Below, piece after piece: positions 33,021 to 38,246 of a DNA stretch of 38,246 nt. The notes beneath the pieces were generated by a model, which was not told where the DNA came from, did no database searches, and saw only the letters and a list, made by a program, of their open reading frames with translations. The DNA is from Octopus bimaculoides (Eukaryota): contig NC_068988.1 in NCBI RefSeq assembly GCF_001194135.2, forward strand, positions 77,209,556 through 77,247,801, written 5' to 3'. Within the stretch, counting starts at the first letter, position 1, and each line of letters begins with the position of its first letter. Made by a program: the position numbers and the translations under genes.

Positions 33021-34340
33021 TCAATACACCTGACATGACACATGTTGACTAGCTGGTAATTGTGGTTCGATGCTGTGAAAATGGAAAATCTTGTGAGAGA
33101 TTTTTAGCCTTTTTGCCAATAGAAAAACAATTCGTCTATGACCTTGTTCAACAAAATAACAATTTCTGGGGGAGCATAAGCTTTCACTTGAAAATATCTG
33201 TGGTCAGTCATACGATAATGCTTCCAACATGAAGGACTCAGAGAATGGGCTGCAAGCACTTCTTAAAAACATTAACAGGTATTCAGACTATGTACCATAT
33301 GGAAGTCATTCACTCAACCTTGTTTAGTAAAAGGCAGTGTCTACTGTACCTGACTTTGTTGACTATTTTGCCATCTTGCAACAGCTGCATATTTTCTTTT
33401 CTGAATCTCCTTGAAGACAGGGGATTTTGAACACACAGGGCAATCTAGCCTTTTCTCTAAAGAGCTTAAATGTAATTAGATGGTTGAAGACTCAGAAAAG
33501 AAGCTTGAATGTAAGTGAGATGGAAAGAATTTATATCCACAAGTTGGTAAAATTGGAATATGCTATTTTAACAGTCGTTTGGGAAGAAGTTATAGAGCAT
33601 TAAAAAAAAAAAAACAAGTAAGAAACTCCAAACCCCTGGCTCTGATTATTTGAAGGTTACCTTCTGCTATTATCTTTGCTTTCATTTTTTAAAGAATGAG
33701 AAAATTCAGCTGACAGGATTGCACACTATGAATCAGTAGCAAATGGTTTATGTGAATATATCACATCAAATTTTTCTGTTTCCAAATGTGTTGTTAGGAA
33801 GAAATTTGCAGATAGAACAAATGATAGGACTTCTTTGAAAGGGGCTGAAAAATTAAGGACAGAAATTATAAATCAAGTCTATGACTGCTTGATAATCTAT
33901 TGGCTCAAGTTTCTCTCAGAATTGATAAACAATTCAGAATTTGATGAGAACAGTATCAAACTTATAATATTACATTACAAAGACAATATTGACCACAAAC
34001 TAATAAAAGAGTGTTATCAGTTCAAAAACCTCAGAAAGTTCCAGAGCACAGAAGAAAACACATCATCTAAAATGCAATGCACAGAAGTTCATCAGCTTAT
34101 TTATGAGCAACAATTAAGTGAAGTGTACCCTAATATTACCACTGCGCATAACCTGTATTTAACAACGCCTATCACAAACTGTGGAGCAGAAAGGAGTTCC
34201 TCAAAGCTTTGCTTTGTTAAGAATAAATTTTGGTCTACCATGACTGAAGAGCACTTAAATTCCTTATGCATATTGTCTCTAGAAAATGACGTTGCAAGGA
34301 TGCTCTCATATAACAAAACTTGCTACAAAAAAATGGAAAA
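33021..34340 (+). pseudogene. hAT-superfamily transposase relic
   Basis: TPDMTHVD*L, ERFLAFLPI, GQSYDNASNMK, then the hAT C-terminal dimerisation motif YPNITTAHNLYLTTPITNCGAERSSSKL..STMTEEHLNSLCILSLE; stops and frameshifts. Confidence 0.85.
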
Positions 34341-34735
34341 AAGTGTATTTTGTAATTTTCACATGTATCTTAATGATGCATCATGCATATATATATAATG
34401 CTTCCCTAATTTTCAAACCCCATAACTCTAAAAATGTATAAAGCATAGCTTGGAGAATATTTGTAGTGATCTACCATGGAAGAACCACATCAACAAAGAT
34501 ATCGGTGATTACCTACACCTCGTTTCTGGTAGAAAGAGGGGTCACTTTCAGATTCATTTTTAAGGATGCTACTCCAACTTTAGGGCTATCAGTTTCTCAA
34601 GCTGGAGTTCCTTGCAAGGGCACAAAAATTGTTTGACCCTTGTTGGATGTTACCCTACTGTTGCTGGTTGTAAAGGCTGCCTCCCCCCCCATAATATTTT
34701 AAGCTTCAGGGTTCCAATATTATAGATCCACCACT

Positions 34736-34775
<40 letters not shown>

Positions 34776-34810
34776 GTATAGAGAGAGGCATATCTGAGTG
34801 CATCACTATC

Positions 34811-37730
34811 ATGGAAGTGGGGACTAAAACTGGAAGGGCCCATCTCATTAGTGCCTATGCCTCGATTCTAACACCAGAAAATGAGAAGAAAGATCGGTTT
34901 TATGAGGAATTTCAGGATGTGATCAACAGTGTTCCAAGTGCAGACCAACTCTTTCTCATGGGCGATTTCAATGCAAGAGTAGGTGCTGATGACCAAGCAT
35001 GGCCCAACTGCCTTGGACAGTTTGGACTGGAGAAAATCAATGAGAATGGCCAGAGACTCTTAGAATTCTGCACAAATAATAACCCGTGCATTGCAAACAC
35101 CTTCTACAATGGCAATGACCGGCATAACGTTTCTTGGTGCCATCCAAGATCAGGTCATTGGCACCAGATTGACTTCATCATTGTCAGAAAGAATGATGTC
35201 AACACTGTGAAGCAAACAAGATCCTTCCACAGTGCAGACTGTAACACAGATCATCTGTTGGTTATAGCCAAGGTAAAGATGGTCACAAAGAAAACACCAA
35301 GAGCCGAAAAATCAAAGAAACCTAAGATCAACACAAAAAATACCTAAGATCCAGCGATGAGAACCAAATTTCAAGAATATGCTGAAGAACGGCTCCAAAA
35401 CTTAGATATGCCATCCCCTGATGACATGTGAAACAACATGAAATCAGCAATATATGATTCTGTGTCGAGGGCTTTTGGAACAGATCGACTTTCCAAGAAG
35501 AACTGGATCAAAGCTAATGCATCAATACTAATGCCATTACTTGAGAAAATTCACAAGATCTTCATAAAGCATAATAAAAAGCTACCTGCTGCAGAATCCA
35601 ACTTTCAAAAAGAAACTAGAAAATGTGCCAACCAGTACTGGGATAAATTGTGCTTAGAAATTCAACAGGCGAGTGATATGGGTAACATCAGGAAAATGTA
35701 TGAGAAGATTAGAGTTGCTATCGGACCAAGAGTGAGTAAAGTGGCACCTCTCGAGTCTGCAACAGGTGACCAGTTGACGGACAAGAAGAAGCAAATGGAA
35801 AGATGGGTAGAACATTACTCTAAATTGTAAACAAAGGAGCGAGATGTTGATAGACAGCTTGATGAGACCATTCCTCAGCTCCCTGAAATGACAGAACTTG
35901 ATATACCACCAATGGAAGAAGAACTCTCCACTGCAATCAATGAACTTGCAGGTGAAAAAGCACCCGGAAATGACAATATACGTGCTGAAGTGTTGAAAGA
36001 GAACAAAGATGCCCTCCTTCCACGTTTATACAAGTTACTAAAGATGTGTTGGTTAGAAGTAAAAATTCCACAGGATATGAGAGATCCCAAGATCATCACT
36101 CCCTACAAAAATAAAGGGACATGGCAGATTGCAATAACTACAGAGGCATCTCACTACTGAGCATCACTGGAAAAGCTTTTGCGAGGATCATTCTGAAACA
36201 ACTTCAGAAGCTAACAGAAAGAGTACTACCAGAGAGCCAGTGCAGTTTTAGATCTAACCGCTCAACAATCTTCTCCATTCATCAACTACAAAAAAAAAAA
36301 AAAATGCTGGGAGCAGCAATTACCACTATATATAGCATTTGTCGATCTGACAAAGGCATTTGATACAGTCAGCAGATCAGGACTGTACATGGTGCTTGGA
36401 AAATGTGGCTGTCCCCCAAAACTGCTGCAACTCATTGTTTCATTCCATGATGACATGAAGGCCACCATTTAGTTTGACAGTTTAACATCAGATAGCTTCA
36501 ACTTCAACAGTGGAGTAAAACAAGGTTGTGTCTTAGCATCAATCTTTTACAGCATTTACTGTATTACTACAGTATGCATTTTAAGAGTCGCTGGGAGATA
36601 TCTACCTTTGTTGGAGAACTGATGGGTCACCCTTTGATCTTTCTAGACTCTGGACCAAAACCAAGATCAACAGAGTAATAATAAGAGACTTTCTCTTCAC
36701 CGACGATGCGGCACTTGTTGCTCACAGTGAATTAACTCTACAAATAATGATGGACCACCTATCATCAGCATGCAAGGCCTTCGGTTTGGTCATCAGTGTA
36801 AAGAAGACAGTCATCCTCACTCAGGAAGGCACAGTGAAAGACCATATCAAGCTCGATGACAAATAGCTTGAGACAGTGGACAGGTTCTGCTATTTAGGGT
36901 CTACCATTTCCTCTACTACTTCACTTGATGATGAGATTAATGTCAGGAGAGGGGAGGCAGCAACAAATTTTGGAAGGCTAACAAAATCTTTATGAAAGAA
37001 CAAGAGATTAGACATCAAGACAAAGATCAGGATTTATGAAGCATGTGTTCTCAGCACGCTCCTCCATGGATCTGAAACATGGACCTTGTACAGCAGGCAG
37101 GAAAGGTGCCTCAGCATTTTCCATCTCTGATGCCTCCGCATTTTCCATCTCTGATGCCTCCGCAAGATCTTAGGCCTAACATGGAGTGACAAGGTCACCA
37201 ATGCTGAAGTGCTAGCCCAGACGAATCTTCAAAGCATGACAGCTATCTTGTGTATGACAAGACTGCGGTGCCTGGGGCATGTCAGGAGAATGGATGACCA
37301 TCGAATCCCGAAGCAACTGCTCTATGGAGAACTGGCCCAGGGCAAGAGACCAAGAGGAAGACCAAAACGGAGGTACAAGGACACTTGCAAAACTAGTTTG
37401 TCCAAGTGTGAGGTGGATGTCAGCATCTGGGAGGAGAGGGGTGAGGACAGAACAACATGGAGGACTCTGGTGAAGGAAGGAACTGCTTCGCTAGAGAGCA
37501 GCTACAGAAACGAACAAGTTGAGAAGTGTCAGCGGCGAAAGGAAAACAACAGAAATGCAGAGCACCGAGCCACCCTCTTGGTATGCAAGTAATGTGACAG
37601 AAGCTGCGCTTCAATCATAGGAAGAATCAGCTATGAAAGAAGCTGCAAGAAAAGGAGCCCGTGATATGTTCGATTAAGTGACCTCTAAACTAAATTGACT
37701 GTCTGCATAGATGAAAAGGGCCAATTATAT
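34811..37730 (+). mobile_element. Decayed RTE-clade LINE (BovB-like; a different family from the other RTE pieces)
   Basis: EN C-half (SAYAS..MGDFNARVG..HWHQIDFI..DCNTDH), RT motifs (KAPGND, NYRGISLLS, FVDLTKAFDTV, GVKQGCVLA, FTDDAALVA) and C-terminus (RLRCLGHVRRMDDHRIPKQLLYGEL..GRP..CK*CDRSC); multiple stops and frameshifts. Confidence 0.93.
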
Positions 37731-38246
37731 ATATGCTTCAAAGAGAATTAGAAGTTGTGAGTCCAACCAACTCAGGGATAGTAACTATGCAATATACTGC
37801 TGGTAAAATACCCAATTATTAATACACAAGTGTTAGTTATTGCGTGGCAATTACACTATTGAGCGTAATAAATGGGTGAGGGTAAAAAGTGGTTTACCTC
37901 TAATTTATATGGCAAGAAGTAAATAGAGGGGATCCAGAGGTAGTATGCATCAACTGTTAGACATTATATTATGTCTATTTATATATTTTAAACAATTATG
38001 AGAATATATATACATATGCAAATATTGTGTTTTACATACATAAGTACCAGTAATTTCTAGAATAGAAAAGGACGAACAGTTTCTACAAAGCTGTACTCCT
38101 CTCAAACTCTATGGATTACTTCAATTTTACTCTTATTATTTCTCTTCTTACACACTCTCTAATAGGTATATTGTACTATACCTACTAATAACTGATTCTT
38201 TTGTATGTGTGTACATGCATATATGTATATATATATATATATATAT

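Noticed and set aside
30160-33024. 19-bp direct repeat as a TSD of a 2.85-kb insertion
   Set aside because: The SINE head continues uninterrupted after the first copy and does not resume after the second.
33835-34398. 187-aa ORF as a domesticated hAT-derived host gene (ZMYM1/THAP12-like)
   Set aside because: Upstream homologous sequence has stops and frameshifts, and the conserved ERSF motif is altered to ERSS; better explained as a decayed transposon.
28920-37614. Antisense and alternative-frame ORFs over the mariner and RTE relics
   Set aside because: Shadows of transposon coding sequence.

Overview
This is AT-rich, microsatellite-dense eukaryotic genomic DNA with seven N gaps. The mix of tRNA-headed SINEs, RTE retrotransposons with (GAT)n tails and many mariners resembles an Octopus/cephalopod scaffold (inference from recalled repeat types, not database-checked). 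Most sequenced bases are decayed transposable elements. DNA transposons: four full or internally deleted mariners with both TIRs or most of the transposase visible, one extra mariner terminus and a mini-MITE, plus a maT/DD37D-like relic, a TTAA-flanked piggyBac, a hAT relic and a non-coding element with about 130-bp TIRs. Retroelements: several RTE LINE pieces, three Penelope-like (PLE) relics, a possible CR1-like relic and at least three SINE types. I found no intact recognisable host protein-coding gene, tRNA/rRNA gene or CRISPR array. Non-repeat signals are a CpG-enriched promoter-like segment (about 31.0-32.3 kb) and two weak, phase-compatible candidate exons on the minus strand. The most interesting structures are a hammerhead-ribozyme-like fold at 15654-15750 (with more decayed cousins near PLE relics), a near-perfect 70-nt hairpin, a modular 65-bp repeat with a hairpin/pseudoknot-like motif in a young RTE 3' UTR, and an RTE-endonuclease/hAT chimeric ORF whose junction carries a 19-bp sequence also found 2.85 kb upstream. 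I cannot support a claim of a wholly new biological system from sequence alone.
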